From assembly GCA_965206645.1 (NCBI GenBank), contig CBDBKE010000001.1:128001-192000 (forward strand): a stretch of 64,000 nt of DNA, given 5' to 3'. The notes under the pieces are model-generated. The model was given only the letters and a program-made list of their open reading frames with translations, had not been told where the DNA came from and made no database searches. Below are positions 38,057-49,520 of this stretch, piece by piece (the stretch's first letter is position 1; each line of letters begins with the position of its first letter). Source of the stretch: Terriglobia bacterium. Its GTDB lineage: Bacteria > Acidobacteriota > Terriglobia > JAJPHL01 > JAPKYU01. The position numbers and the translations under genes were made by a program.

Positions 38057-40219
38057 TCAGATAAACAGGGGGGCGGCGACCAGGGTAATGGTGGCGAGCA
38101 ACTTGATCAGCACGTGGATGGAAGGGCCGGCGGTGTCCTTGAAGGGGTCGCCCACCGTGTCGCCGACTACGGCGGCCTTATGCGCTTCCGAGCGCTTGCC
38201 GCCGTACTGGCCGGTCTCGATGAACTTCTTGGCGTTATCCCAGGCGCCGCCGCCGTTGTTCATCAGCGTGGCCAGTAGGATGCCGCTAATGGTGGCCACC
38301 ATCAACAGCGCGGCCACCGACTCGGCGCCAATCAGATCGTCTGGGCCGCGGCTGCCGACGCCGAGGTGCTTGAACGCCAAGCCCACGGCTACCGGCATGC
38401 CCACCGCCAGCAGTCCGGGTACCACCATGGCCTTCAGCGCGCCCACGGTGACAATGTCCACGCACCGCCCATAGTCCGGCCGGGCGGTACCGGCCATGAT
38501 GCCCGGGTTTTCACGGAACTGGCGGCGCACTTCCTCGATAACGTAGTAGGCCGCTTTGCCCACCGCCTTGATGGCGAAGGCACTGAATAGGAACACTAGC
38601 ATGGCGCCCAGCAACGCTCCACAGAACACCGGCACCTTGCCGAGGTCCACCGTGTGGAAGGGGCGCCCGCTCAGCAGGCTGACTTCATCCAGGTAGGCCG
38701 AGAACAGTAGGAAGGCGGCCAGGGCGGCGCTGCCGATCGCGTAGCCCTTGGTGAGGGCTTTGGTGGTGTTGCCCACCGAGTCCAGCCGGTCGGTCTTCGC
38801 CCGCACCTCCTCAGGCTGCCCGGACATTTCGATGATCCCGCCGGCGTTGTCGGTGATGGGGCCAAAGGTATCCATGGCCAGGATGTAGGCGGCGGTGGAC
38901 AGCATACCCATCGTGGCTACCGCCGTGCCGTAGAGTCCTCCGCCAGGCACAGCGCGCGTCCCCATCCAGTAGGAGAGCAGCAGGGCGGCGCAGATCGCCA
39001 ACACTGGCAGCGCCGTGCACTCCAGCGCCACCGCAAAGCCGGTGATGATGTTGGTGGCCGGGCCGGTGCGGGAGGCGAGCACGATGGATTGCACCGGACG
39101 GTAGCGGTAGTCGGTGTAGTACTGCGTGATGTAGACGAACACGAAGCTGGTCAGGATGCCTACCACGCCGGCTGCGAAGAACCACAGGTTGTTCTCCAGC
39201 AGTTGGTGCACGGCGATGTAGAAGCCGACAATGGCCAGGATCGTCGTCACGTAGTAGCCGCGGTTGAGGGCCTGCATGGGGTCAGCGTCCTCCCGCGTGC
39301 GCACCACCAGGATGCCGGCAATGGAAGCCAGCAGACCGAAGGCGCGGGCGACCAGGGGGAACAGGATGGCTTTCAGGCCAAATTGCGGGTACAGGGCGAC
39401 GCCGAGGATCATGGCGCCAACGTTTTCCGCGGCGGTAGACTCAAACAAGTCCGCGCCGCGACCGGCGCAGTCGCCGACGTTATCTCCCACCAGGTCGGCA
39501 ATCACCGCCGGGTTGCGCGGGTCGTCCTCGGGGATGCCCGCCTCCACCTTGCCCACTAGATCGGCGCCCACATCGGCGCCCTTGGTGAAGATGCCGCCAC
39601 CCAGCTGGGCGAACAGGGCCACGAAGCTTGCGCCGAAGCCAAAGCCCACAAGCTGCAAGGGAATGGCCTGCGGCTCCTCCAGTCCGCCAAAGAAGTAGAA
39701 CAGGCCGCCCACCCCCAGCAGGGACATGGCGACCACCGACAGGCCGGTCACCGCCCCCCCGCGCAGGGCGATTTGCAGAGCTCGGTTGAGGCTCGTGCGC
39801 GCGGCGCTGGCGGCGCGGATGTTGGCCCGGATGGAGACGAACATGCCGCTGAAGCCGGCAATGGCGGAACACAGGGCTCCCACAATGAAGGCCACCGTGG
39901 TTCGCCAGGCGATGGTCAGGTCACCTTTGCCTTGCCAATAGCCCAGGAAAATGATGGCGGCCAGCACCACGGTCAGGCCGCCGATGGTGGTGTATTGCCG
40001 CCGCAGGAACGCTTCCGCGCCTTCTTTGATGGCGTTGGAAATGTCTTGCATCTGGGGGGTGCCGGTGTCCTGCCGCAGCACGTAGGCCGTCAGCAGGACA
40101 GCCACACCCAGCGACAGCGCGCTGAGCACGACTACAAACGGCAGCCAACCCTGACCATCGGTGCCCGCGGCGCCTTGCCAGAACAGGGCCAGGCTAAGCA
40201 GGTTGCCAGCAGCCAACAT
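38057..40219 (-). CDS. hppA: Membrane-bound ion-translocating pyrophosphatase, predicted K+-independent H+-PPase
   Basis: DVGADLVGKVEAGIPEDDPRN, DNVGDCAG, GNTTKA (Lys marks the K+-independent class), GDTVGDPFKD. Confidence 0.96.
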   Translation of the reverse strand: MLAAGNLLSLALFWQGAAGTDGQGWLPFVVVLSALSLGVAVLLTAYVLRQDTGTPQMQDISNAIKEGAEAFLRRQYTTIGGLTVVLAAIIFLGYWQGKGDLTIAWRTTVAFIVGALCSAIAGFSGMFVSIRANIRAASAARTSLNRALQIALRGGAVTGLSVVAMSLLGVGGLFYFFGGLEEPQAIPLQLVGFGFGASFVALFAQLGGGIFTKGADVGADLVGKVEAGIPEDDPRNPAVIADLVGDNVGDCAGRGADLFESTAAENVGAMILGVALYPQFGLKAILFPLVARAFGLLASIAGILVVRTREDADPMQALNRGYYVTTILAIVGFYIAVHQLLENNLWFFAAGVVGILTSFVFVYITQYYTDYRYRPVQSIVLASRTGPATNIITGFAVALECTALPVLAICAALLLSYWMGTRAVPGGGLYGTAVATMGMLSTAAYILAMDTFGPITDNAGGIIEMSGQPEEVRAKTDRLDSVGNTTKALTKGYAIGSAALAAFLLFSAYLDEVSLLSGRPFHTVDLGKVPVFCGALLGAMLVFLFSAFAIKAVGKAAYYVIEEVRRQFRENPGIMAGTARPDYGRCVDIVTVGALKAMVVPGLLAVGMPVAVGLAFKHLGVGSRGPDDLIGAESVAALLMVATISGILLATLMNNGGGAWDNAKKFIETGQYGGKRSEAHKAAVVGDTVGDPFKDTAGPSIHVLIKLLATITLVAAPLFI

Positions 40220-40237
40220 TTAGCTTCCTCCGGAAAC

Positions 40238-40349
40238 GACAACGGCCTGAGTCGTGCCCGCTCGGGCCGGCAGGATCGTACACGATCGCACCAAGCTGGC
40301 CGTCGTCACCCACGCGGTGGACCTACAGCACGCGCGGCTTGCGTGGTGG
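40238..40349 (-). promoter_or_regulatory. Candidate structured 5' leader of hppA
   Basis: 10-bp stem 40298-40307 / 40238-40247 encloses hairpins at 40274-40287 and 40256-40267; lies just 5' of the GGAGG RBS. Confidence 0.45.
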
Positions 40350-40359
40350 CAAATCAGGT

Positions 40360-40389
40360 CTTATAGCACGCGATTCGAAGGCTGGTCAA
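40360..40389 (-). promoter_or_regulatory. Candidate sigma70 promoter of hppA
   Basis: TTGACC-N18-TATAAG with an extended TG on the minus strand. Confidence 0.55.
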
Positions 40390-40528
40390 GAATTGGACCG
40401 CGAACTGCTTTTCCATGCGGGTGACAGGTGAAGCCGGACCTGCTCCAGGCAGCTTTCTTCAGGGGGCAAGAGTCGGAGTGAGCCAAGATGAGAAGCGAGA
40501 TACTCAAGGGGCGAGCTAGGCGGGGATT

Positions 40529-41218
40529 TCAACTGCCGTCGGGCTTCCAGTATTCAAACGGGTCGTAGCGCACGATGCCGCGGAAGGCCCCAACCGCGGT
40601 GGACCGCTTCAAGTAATAACGGAAGCGGGCCTGGCCATCCACCACCTCGGTGGCGCTGCTGGAGATGTGGTAGAGCTCCCCGTTGTACTCGACCTGCACC
40701 AGCGAACGCCAGTTCGACTTGGGGCGGACCGAGGTGACGCGCAGGTCCCAGGCCGCGCCAGGCTGCCGCAGCTCGACAAGGTCGGGAGCGGGAGGGGCCA
40801 GGCGCCGCCGCGCCCATCGGCGCTCCACCCAGCCGTGCACTTCTCCGAACAGCCAGAAAGGCAAAGAGGGGAGAGGTTCTTGCGCGATCACCGTGGAAAG
40901 CATCCGCACCCCTCCTTCAAGCATGAAGTACATAGCCAGCAGAGGGCCCGGGCTGATGGAGAAGGCAAGCCAGCCCACTACGCCCACCCCCATGGAAAGC
41001 CAGTACAGGTTGTGTTCCATGTCAGTGGCCACGGCAGCGCCCGCTAGCGGCCCAAACTGATTCAGGAAACGGAAGAACAGAGTGACGTAAACCGCGAGGG
41101 CCACCAGCATCTGCAGGGTTCCCGAGAGAAACGTGCCGGCGACCGGGTTCACCTGGTAGCGCCTGCGATAGCGTTCCGGCAGCAGGCTCAGGAGGATGTC
41201 GACTACCTGGTGAGACAT
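40529..41218 (-). CDS. Hypothetical membrane protein
   Basis: GAGGG RBS before ATG 41218; 3 hydrophobic segments and a soluble C-terminal domain. Confidence 0.75.
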   Translation of the reverse strand: MSHQVVDILLSLLPERYRRRYQVNPVAGTFLSGTLQMLVALAVYVTLFFRFLNQFGPLAGAAVATDMEHNLYWLSMGVGVVGWLAFSISPGPLLAMYFMLEGGVRMLSTVIAQEPLPSLPFWLFGEVHGWVERRWARRRLAPPAPDLVELRQPGAAWDLRVTSVRPKSNWRSLVQVEYNGELYHISSSATEVVDGQARFRYYLKRSTAVGAFRGIVRYDPFEYWKPDGS

Positions 41219-41422
41219 GGTCCCCTCACGCAACAGGCAAGATGGTGGAATTGCTGGCCACCCCGCCGGCTGTCACCTGTGACTCAGCATCACCACGAAG
41301 GCCGGCCCGCACCTGCAGCGTTCCCGTCCGCGCTCCCCAGGTAACCGAAGCGGCCCTTCTGTTCAATCCCGAGAGAAAGCCGCACAGCCACAGAGAGGCA
41401 GAGACCCACTGCAATGGAGGGC

Positions 41423-42502
41423 CTAGCCTGTCAGCAGAGAGCGATAGACGTCCAGGGTGGACTGGGCGGCGCGTTGCCAGGTGAACTGGCTGGCGCGAGC
41501 GCGGCCGAGCGCGCACCATTGCGCCCGCCAGGGCTCATCTTCCACCATGCGCCGCGCCGCCTCCGTTATCCCTTCAACGTCCCTGGGATCCACCAGCACC
41601 GCCGCGTCGCCCGCGATTTCCGGCAGCGAAGAGGTGTTGGAGGTGATCACGGGCAGACCGCGCGCCATGGCTTCCAGAACGGGCAGTCCAAAGCCTTCTT
41701 CCAGCGAGGGGAACAGCAGCGCAGTGGCTTCCGCGTACAGTGCATCAAGCGTTGGCTCATCGGTGTAGCCCAGCAGACGGATGCGGTCCCTCAGGCCGCG
41801 GCCATGGATGAAATCCAGCACCTTCTGGGCGCCGTGGCCGGCGCTGCCGACGACAACCAGGCGCGCCGATGTGCCAGGCAAAAGGCGGTTGATCGACTCG
41901 ACCGCCGCCAGCGTGTTTTTCCGCACTTGAATAGCGCCCACCGAGAGGAAAAACGGTCCCTCACCAACCAGTCGGCGCGCCCGCTGCCGAGCATCAACCG
42001 AGGGCGGCCGGAGTGCCTGCTCAACCCCATGGTGCACAACCGCGCAGGATTCTTTCCGCAGCCCCAGCAGCCGGCAGAGCTTGTCGCGGGTATAGGCAGA
42101 AACGCAAATGACGCGGTCGGCGCGCGTGACTGCATCCCTGATTGAGGCCGAGAACCGCGCCCGAAACGCCGGAGTGGAGTAGTCTTCTGCCGAAAGCGCG
42201 AACACATCGTGGACCGTCACGACTTGGCGCTGGAACTGGTAACGAGGCAGGCGCTGATTCAGCCCGTGAAACAGGTCCACCTGCCCAGGCAGGCGCCAGT
42301 TCAGCGGTTCCTGGAGCCAGCAGGAGCGGAACGGCAGCCAGTCAAAGTGACGGCCCAGGCGCAAGACGCGCGGCCAGCGCGCGCATAGGGTGAGCCGGAG
42401 TTCGGGGACTCGGGAGAGTTCCCGGATGAGTCGGTCGGAATAGCGAGCCACTCCCGATGGATGGGGGTCCAGCGCATAGGTGGCATCCAACGCCAGGCGC
42501 AC
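41423..42502 (-). CDS. GT4-family glycosyltransferase
   Basis: VTVHDV, RKN, FPSLEEGFGLPVLEAMA, SLPEIAGDAA, FTW motifs. Confidence 0.95.
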   Translation of the reverse strand: MRLALDATYALDPHPSGVARYSDRLIRELSRVPELRLTLCARWPRVLRLGRHFDWLPFRSCWLQEPLNWRLPGQVDLFHGLNQRLPRYQFQRQVVTVHDVFALSAEDYSTPAFRARFSASIRDAVTRADRVICVSAYTRDKLCRLLGLRKESCAVVHHGVEQALRPPSVDARQRARRLVGEGPFFLSVGAIQVRKNTLAAVESINRLLPGTSARLVVVGSAGHGAQKVLDFIHGRGLRDRIRLLGYTDEPTLDALYAEATALLFPSLEEGFGLPVLEAMARGLPVITSNTSSLPEIAGDAAVLVDPRDVEGITEAARRMVEDEPWRAQWCALGRARASQFTWQRAAQSTLDVYRSLLTG

Positions 42503-42589
42503 GCCTCATCTTACATCGCGATCTTCCATCGCGGTGCTGCGGGCCCTGTAGCATGCCGGAACCATGCCGGGCGCGTCAGCCAAGGCACG

Positions 42590-43237
42590 CTAGGTCGGCT
42601 GCCACAGGCGGGAGGGCTTCTCCGGGATGGTCTCCAATTCCTGTAGCAGTGCCCGAATTTCCTCGGTGAGCCGTACGATATTGGTGAAGCGGCGTGCCAG
42701 TGACGGGGGGAGTTCAGGTGACTTCAACGCCATTTCCGCGCTGCCCAAGATGCCGGTCAGCGGGTTGTTGAGTTCGTGTCGGATGGAAAGGGCCAGGGCG
42801 CGCAACTGGTCCTGGGACTCCAGGTGCAGCGCCTGCGATTGCGTCTTCCACAAACGCGCGGACAACAGGGCCTGTTCCAACACCGGTTCCAAAAACACCG
42901 GCAAGGTCGGACCGGTGGGCACATATCCGGCGGCCCCCAGCGACAGGGCCCGGGCGGCCTGGAGCTCGGCTCCCGGTTCCACCAGCACAACGACCGCAGC
43001 TTCGGGATGGGCGCGCAACACCTCTTCCAGGGTTTCCAAACCGTAGCCATCCGATGGCCGCAGGGCCAGAATCAAGGCTGCATAGCGCCCCGAGCGCAGC
43101 CGCCAGAGCACTTCCTCGGCTCGGTGGGCTTGCTGCACGTGCCAGCGTTCCCTGAGGGCATCCTCAATCGTTATGCCTTGGCGAAAATCGCTCATCGCCA
43201 GCACGTGGCGCATGGCTCCCTTTTCCAAACGCTTCAT
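42590..43237 (-). CDS. Pseudo-receiver + HisKA (DHp) protein lacking an ATPase domain
   Basis: REC-like fold (ALSLGAAGYV) with LILAL where Asp is expected; H-box RHELNNPLTGILG; ends about 50 aa later. Confidence 0.78.
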   Translation of the reverse strand: MKRLEKGAMRHVLAMSDFRQGITIEDALRERWHVQQAHRAEEVLWRLRSGRYAALILALRPSDGYGLETLEEVLRAHPEAAVVVLVEPGAELQAARALSLGAAGYVPTGPTLPVFLEPVLEQALLSARLWKTQSQALHLESQDQLRALALSIRHELNNPLTGILGSAEMALKSPELPPSLARRFTNIVRLTEEIRALLQELETIPEKPSRLWQPT

Positions 43238-43363
43238 AGCGGCCCTTTCCAACATTGTTCGCCGAGGAAGCTGCCGCAAGAACCCTGGCGTACCTTTTCA
43301 TACAGGCACATCGACACAACCGCTCCAGATGGCTCCGAGCTTTGCTCGGATAGCTGTCAGGGG

Positions 43364-43452
43364 AGCAGGCGAAGGGCCAAACTAGGTGTTAGGAGCAGAA
43401 GGAGTTAGCAGGCCAGTGACTCCCAAACCGGAAACGGAATCCCGTTTCGGAA
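43364..43452 (-). promoter_or_regulatory. Candidate sigma54 promoter plus upstream activator sites for the REC-HisKA gene
   Basis: TGGCCCTTCGCCTGCT (GG-N10-GC) at 43364-43379; AAGGAGTTAGC at 43399-43409; TCCC-N5-GGAA at 43421 and 43440. Confidence 0.55.
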
Positions 43453-44853
43453 TCAACGCACCCCGTACTCCTTTAGCTTCCGGTACAAGGTAGTTTTGCC
43501 GATGCCGAGCATCCGTGCGGCCAACAGCTTGTCCCCTCTCGCCTCAGTAACGGCCCGCAGGATGGCCTGCCGTTCCAGTTCGCTCAACTGAAGCACCGGC
43601 TCACCGCCCGCAGGCACCGCCGCCGCGGCCCGCCGCGGATTCTGCAAGTTGGTGGGCAGGTCGGCGACGTGCAACACGGGGCCGGAGCCCAGGGCCACGG
43701 CCCGTTCCATGCAGTTCTCCAGCTCCCAGACGTTGCCGGGCCAGTCGTAGGCCAGCAAGCAGTTCAACGCCTCTTCCGACAGCGCCGGGCGGCGCCGTTG
43801 GCTGCCAGAAAATCTGTCCAAAAACTGATGCGCCAGCAGCGGGATGTCCGACTTGCGCTCGTGCAGCGGCGGTAGCCGTAGCGTGACGACATTAAGACGA
43901 AAATAGAGGTCCTTGCGAAAGACGCCCTGTTGAATGGCCGATTCCAGGTCGCGGTTACTGGCGGCGATGATGCGGGCATCGAACTTGACCGCCCTCGTGC
44001 TGCCCACCGGCTTAACCTCCCGTTCCTGCAGGGCCCGCAGCAGCTTGGACTGCAAGTCCACTGGCATTTCGGCGATCTCGTCCAGGAAGACAGTGCCTCC
44101 CTCGGCTGCTTCCAGCAGTCCTTGCTTGGTGCGCACGGCTCCGGTGAAGGCTCCGCGCACGTAGCCGAACAGCTCGCTTTCGATCAGCGTGGGCACCAGG
44201 GCGCTACAATCCACCGGCAAGAAGGGCTTCTCGCGCAGTGGCCCGCTCTGGTGGATGGCCCGTGCCACCAGCTCCTTGCCTGTGCCACTCTCGCCCACAA
44301 TCAGAACTGGATAGTGGCTCTGGCTGACCTTGACGATCATCTTGAACAGCTTCTGCATCGAGGGAGCCGTGCCCAACAACTCGCCGTAGCCGTTGCGGAA
44401 GCGCACCTGTTCCCGCAGCAGCCGGTTCTCACTGATCAGGTCCGCCTTGTGCACTATCCGCTCCAGCAACAGCTTGACTTCCTCAATATTGAAGGGCTTG
44501 GTCAGATAGTCGCAGGCGCCCAGCTTCATGGCCTGTACGGCGGAGGGAACGCTGCCGTATGCGGTCATGATGAGCACCTCAGTTTGCTGTGAGCGGCTCT
44601 TGACCTTCTCCAGCAGTTCCATCCCGTCCATGCCGGGCATCTTCAGGTCGGCCATGAGCACGTCCACGTGCTCACGCTCCAGCACTTCCAGTGCTTTCTC
44701 GCCGGTGGCTGCCACCGAAACACGGTAGCCTAGCGCATCGGCAATCGCACTGCACAGCTCGCGAACCACTTCCTGGTCATCTACGATCAGGACGTGAACC
44801 GGAAGCTCCGAACTCTCCTTGGGTACGTCCACAATGGCAACTGAGGTACTCAC
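43453..44853 (-). CDS. NtrC/AtoC-family sigma54-dependent response regulator
   Basis: REC ([13 protein letters not shown]), [14 protein letters not shown]...GAFTGA, DLYFRL, WPGNV, Fis HTH TTLYRKL. Confidence 0.96.
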   Translation of the reverse strand: MSTSVAIVDVPKESSELPVHVLIVDDQEVVRELCSAIADALGYRVSVAATGEKALEVLEREHVDVLMADLKMPGMDGMELLEKVKSRSQQTEVLIMTAYGSVPSAVQAMKLGACDYLTKPFNIEEVKLLLERIVHKADLISENRLLREQVRFRNGYGELLGTAPSMQKLFKMIVKVSQSHYPVLIVGESGTGKELVARAIHQSGPLREKPFLPVDCSALVPTLIESELFGYVRGAFTGAVRTKQGLLEAAEGGTVFLDEIAEMPVDLQSKLLRALQEREVKPVGSTRAVKFDARIIAASNRDLESAIQQGVFRKDLYFRLNVVTLRLPPLHERKSDIPLLAHQFLDRFSGSQRRRPALSEEALNCLLAYDWPGNVWELENCMERAVALGSGPVLHVADLPTNLQNPRRAAAAVPAGGEPVLQLSELERQAILRAVTEARGDKLLAARMLGIGKTTLYRKLKEYGVR

Positions 44854-44890
44854 GCCTCCCCCTAGCTATATAAACATTTTCCCCGGGCAC

Positions 44891-45003
44891 AGCAAGCCAC
44901 TTGCCGCTTTTGGATCGGCTGAAAGAAAAGGAGTTAGCTTCTATGGCCAGTGGAACAAAGGCCAGCAGTGTCCCATTTCGGGAAAGACTCTCCCGATTTG
45001 ACC
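44891..45003 (-). promoter_or_regulatory. Candidate sigma54 promoter plus upstream activator sites for the NtrC-like gene
   Basis: CGGCAAGTGGCTTGCT at 44891-44906; AAGGAGTTAGC at 44928-44938; TCCCATTTCGGGA at 44971 and TCCCGATTTGACC at 44991. Confidence 0.55.
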
Positions 45004-45045
45004 TTCCATCCCACGCCTGGCCGGTGGTGCAGGCTGGGGAGGTGC

Positions 45046-45810
45046 TTATTCGGGGACGCGCAGCGGCTGGTCAGACGCCAGGAAGTCACGGATGAAAGCG
45101 TGCTCGCTATGGTGTATCTGCTCCATCGGACCGAAGAAAGCCACCTGGCCTTCGTGCAGGAAAACCACCCGGTCGGCCAGCTTGCGGGCCAGTTGGGTAT
45201 CGTGGGTCACCACCACCGAGGTCAGCCGGAGTTGACCCTTCAGGCGCTGGATGAGGTCGGCAATATGGGTGGACATCAGCGGATCCACCATCGTGGTGGG
45301 TTCGTCGTAAAGGATGGCTTGAGGCTTGGCGGCCAGGGCGCGGGCGATGGCCACCGCGCGCTTCATGCCGGTGCTGAGCTCCGCAGGCATGCGCGCGCGC
45401 AGTTCGCCGATGTTCACCAGGTCCAACATGCCCTCCACGATCGTCTCAATGTCCTGCTCGGTCAGTTCGGCGCGCTCGCGCAGCGGGAAGGCCACATTCT
45501 CAGCCACGCTCAGCGAGTCGAACAGGGCCCCGGATTGGAACACCAGCGTCACACGCTTGTGGATGTCCAGAAGTTCCGGCTCGGTGGCCTCCGTGATGTC
45601 CTGGTGGGCCACAAACACCCGGCCCGCGTCCGGCCTCAGGAAACCCATGATGTGCGACAGGGCGACGGACTTGCCGACGCCGCTGCGGCCCAAGATCACC
45701 ACGGTCTCGCCTGGATCGACCTGAAAGCTGACCTGCTCCAGCACGGGCTGGGTGTCGAAGGCTTTCGAGACCTGGCGGAACTCGATGTAGTGGGGTGTGC
45801 TTTCCGGCAT
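45046..45810 (-). CDS. MlaF/Mkl-like ABC transporter ATP-binding protein
   Basis: GRSGVGKS, VFQSGALFDSL, LSTGMKRAV, LYDEPT, VTHD. Confidence 0.9.
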   Translation of the reverse strand: MPESTPHYIEFRQVSKAFDTQPVLEQVSFQVDPGETVVILGRSGVGKSVALSHIMGFLRPDAGRVFVAHQDITEATEPELLDIHKRVTLVFQSGALFDSLSVAENVAFPLRERAELTEQDIETIVEGMLDLVNIGELRARMPAELSTGMKRAVAIARALAAKPQAILYDEPTTMVDPLMSTHIADLIQRLKGQLRLTSVVVTHDTQLARKLADRVVFLHEGQVAFFGPMEQIHHSEHAFIRDFLASDQPLRVPE

Positions 45811-46101
45811 CGACTTGCTGGCCTGGCCGCTCGTTTGACTCAGGCGGTGGTGAGCCCGCTTGCTTGGCCATCCCCATTTTCAAACACAATCCTCATTTTT
45901 AACACAATCCTCGGCAATCCAGGGGGCAGCGTGGAACACAAGCTGCCTGGCTCCGACTTCTTGCGGACCGCAGCTGGCTGCAATTTTCTCAGGGGAAGTC
46001 GTCGGATCTCGCTGGAAAGGCGCAGCGACCTTTTTCAAGTCCTTGTTATTCAATCGCTTAGGATTTAGCGTTGGGTCCTACCGAAACCCTCACCAAACCT
46101 C

Positions 46102-46130
46102 TTGACAATCGGATTCCGCTTTTCTAGTAT
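46102..46130 (+). promoter_or_regulatory. sigma70 promoter of groESL
   Basis: TTGACA (46102-46107), N17, TAGTAT (46125-46130). Confidence 0.8.
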
Positions 46131-46156
46131 TAGCACTCTTGCGCGCCGAGTGCCAA
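46130..46156 (+). promoter_or_regulatory. CIRCE element (HrcA operator)
   Basis: TTAGCACTC-N9-GAGTGCCAA, one mismatch from the consensus, upstream of groES. Confidence 0.95.
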
Positions 46157-46269
46157 ACCGACGTTCCACTTTACTCTGGTTTCCAGGGCCCTGGCCGGAC
46201 CTGAGTGCGGCAGGGCTCACCGGCGCGAGAGCCAGCCAAACAAAACATGGGAGGAAAGGAGTTTCCGGT

Positions 46270-46587
46270 ATGAAGATTCGTCCGTTGCATGACCGCATTC
46301 TCATCAAGAGAGTTGCGGAGGAGGAAACGGTGCGCGGCGGCATCATCATTCCTGACTCGGCCAAGGAGAAGCCGCAGGAGGGAGAGGTGATCGCCGTCGG
46401 CAATGGCAAGATTCTGGAAAACGGCCAGCGTGTGCCGCTGGATGTGAAAGAAGGCAACCGAATTCTGTTCGGCAAGTACGCGGGATCGGACATCAAGATC
46501 GAAGAACAGGAATACCTGATCCTGCGGGAAGACGAGGTTCTCGGCATACTGGCCGACGCGGCAAAGCCTGCGGGCAAGCGGAAGTGA
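46270..46587 (+). CDS. groES: Co-chaperonin GroES
   Basis: [28 protein letters not shown] 46270. Confidence 0.98.
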   Translation: MKIRPLHDRILIKRVAEEETVRGGIIIPDSAKEKPQEGEVIAVGNGKILENGQRVPLDVKEGNRILFGKYAGSDIKIEEQEYLILREDEVLGILADAAKPAGKRK

Positions 46588-46600
46588 AAATTCCATCTGA

Positions 46601-48244
<1,644 letters not shown>

Positions 48245-48270
48245 ACAGGACCTAGCCTCAAATTCCTCAC

Positions 48271-48298
48271 GGGCCGCCTTCGGGCGGCCCTTTTTTTT
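48271..48298 (+). terminator. Intrinsic terminator after groEL
   Basis: GGGCCGCC-TTCG-GGCGGCCC followed by T8. Confidence 0.95.
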
Positions 48299-48356
48299 CT
48301 GGCGTGACGGAGACTTCGGAAGCTGATCGCCGGGCGGGGAGCGATTACTTTAGTGG

Positions 48357-49346
48357 TTACTTATTGAGGAGGGTTTCCAAGAAGTGGCCGAGGAAGCGGT
48401 CGGCGTCCACCTCGACGGCGACCTGGATGCCGTGCTGCGCCAGCTCTTCCGGGCTATCGCGCCGGGGGACAGTGGCGCCGGCGGTAAATTCGCCCTGCGT
48501 TTCTAACTCGATCAACATGCGCTTGAGCTGGACCAGGGAACGGTCGGCTACGACGCCGACCGCTAGTGGATCGTGCAGCACGGGCATCTGCTGCCGGTCG
48601 CCTTTCTGCCAGGCGTGGAGAAGTACGCTGAGCAGCTTCAGCACGGGGGTGTTGCGGTTGGCCAGCGCCTCCACCTGCTCGGGCTTCATGCGGCATTTCA
48701 TGGTGACGTTCAGGCCGACCATAGTGATAGGCAGGCCCGATTCGAACACCACCCGGGCCGCCTCCGGGTCCATGCGCAAGTTGTACTCGGGCTGTGGCCG
48801 GTCGAGCGTGCCCCCCATCACTACAATCTGCTTCACCGACTCTTTCAGCCGGGGCTCACGCATCAGAGCCAGCGCAATGTTGGTCAGTTGACCGTAGGCG
48901 ACCAGGGTCAGCTTTCCCGGCTGTGCCAGCACCTGCCGTGCGATCCAATCGGGGGCAAATTCGGCCGCAACGGCGCCCCGCGGCGGCGGCCAGGACTGAA
49001 GCGCCTGCATTTGCGGCCTCCTGTTGGCCCCCTCTATCGGTTGGTTTCCTTTCAGCAGCCGATTTCGCGCTCCGCGCAGCACCGGCACGTCCTGGCGGCC
49101 CAGCAGTTCTAGGAGCTTCAGCGCTATCGGTGCGCGATAGGAGCCGCCCATCACCGTGGTAACGCCCAGCACTTCGATCCGGGGGTGCTTGACGGCATAG
49201 ACCAGGGCCAGCGCGTCGTCAATGTCGCCGCCGATGTCGGTGTCGAGTATGACGGGAATCATTTCCGGGGATTTTTCTTGCCCTGCCCCTGATTCGGAGA
49301 AGGCCGCGGAGAAAGCCAGTGTGCCCACCGCAACCAGCAATGCCAT
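48357..49346 (-). CDS. Nucleoside hydrolase family protein with probable signal peptide
   Basis: DTDIGGDIDD, LTNIA, VVMGG, EYN..MDPEAA, LHDPLAV. ATG 49346 chosen; the longer ORF overlaps the divergent gene. Confidence 0.9.
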   Translation of the reverse strand: MALLVAVGTLAFSAAFSESGAGQEKSPEMIPVILDTDIGGDIDDALALVYAVKHPRIEVLGVTTVMGGSYRAPIALKLLELLGRQDVPVLRGARNRLLKGNQPIEGANRRPQMQALQSWPPPRGAVAAEFAPDWIARQVLAQPGKLTLVAYGQLTNIALALMREPRLKESVKQIVVMGGTLDRPQPEYNLRMDPEAARVVFESGLPITMVGLNVTMKCRMKPEQVEALANRNTPVLKLLSVLLHAWQKGDRQQMPVLHDPLAVGVVADRSLVQLKRMLIELETQGEFTAGATVPRRDSPEELAQHGIQVAVEVDADRFLGHFLETLLNK

Positions 49347-49520
49347 TGGACCGCTCACGGTTTTCTCCGTCGCTTCCTTTCTACCTTCAGGTGGGTTAGC
49401 ATATCGCACTTGCTCGTCAAGGGCTTGTCCGTCAAGGGAAAGAAGGGTGGACAGTTTAAAGAGATACGCAGGTGGTGCGGACGGGCAGCAGAACCGGCAG
49501 CGAACAAGGATCCCGACGCA

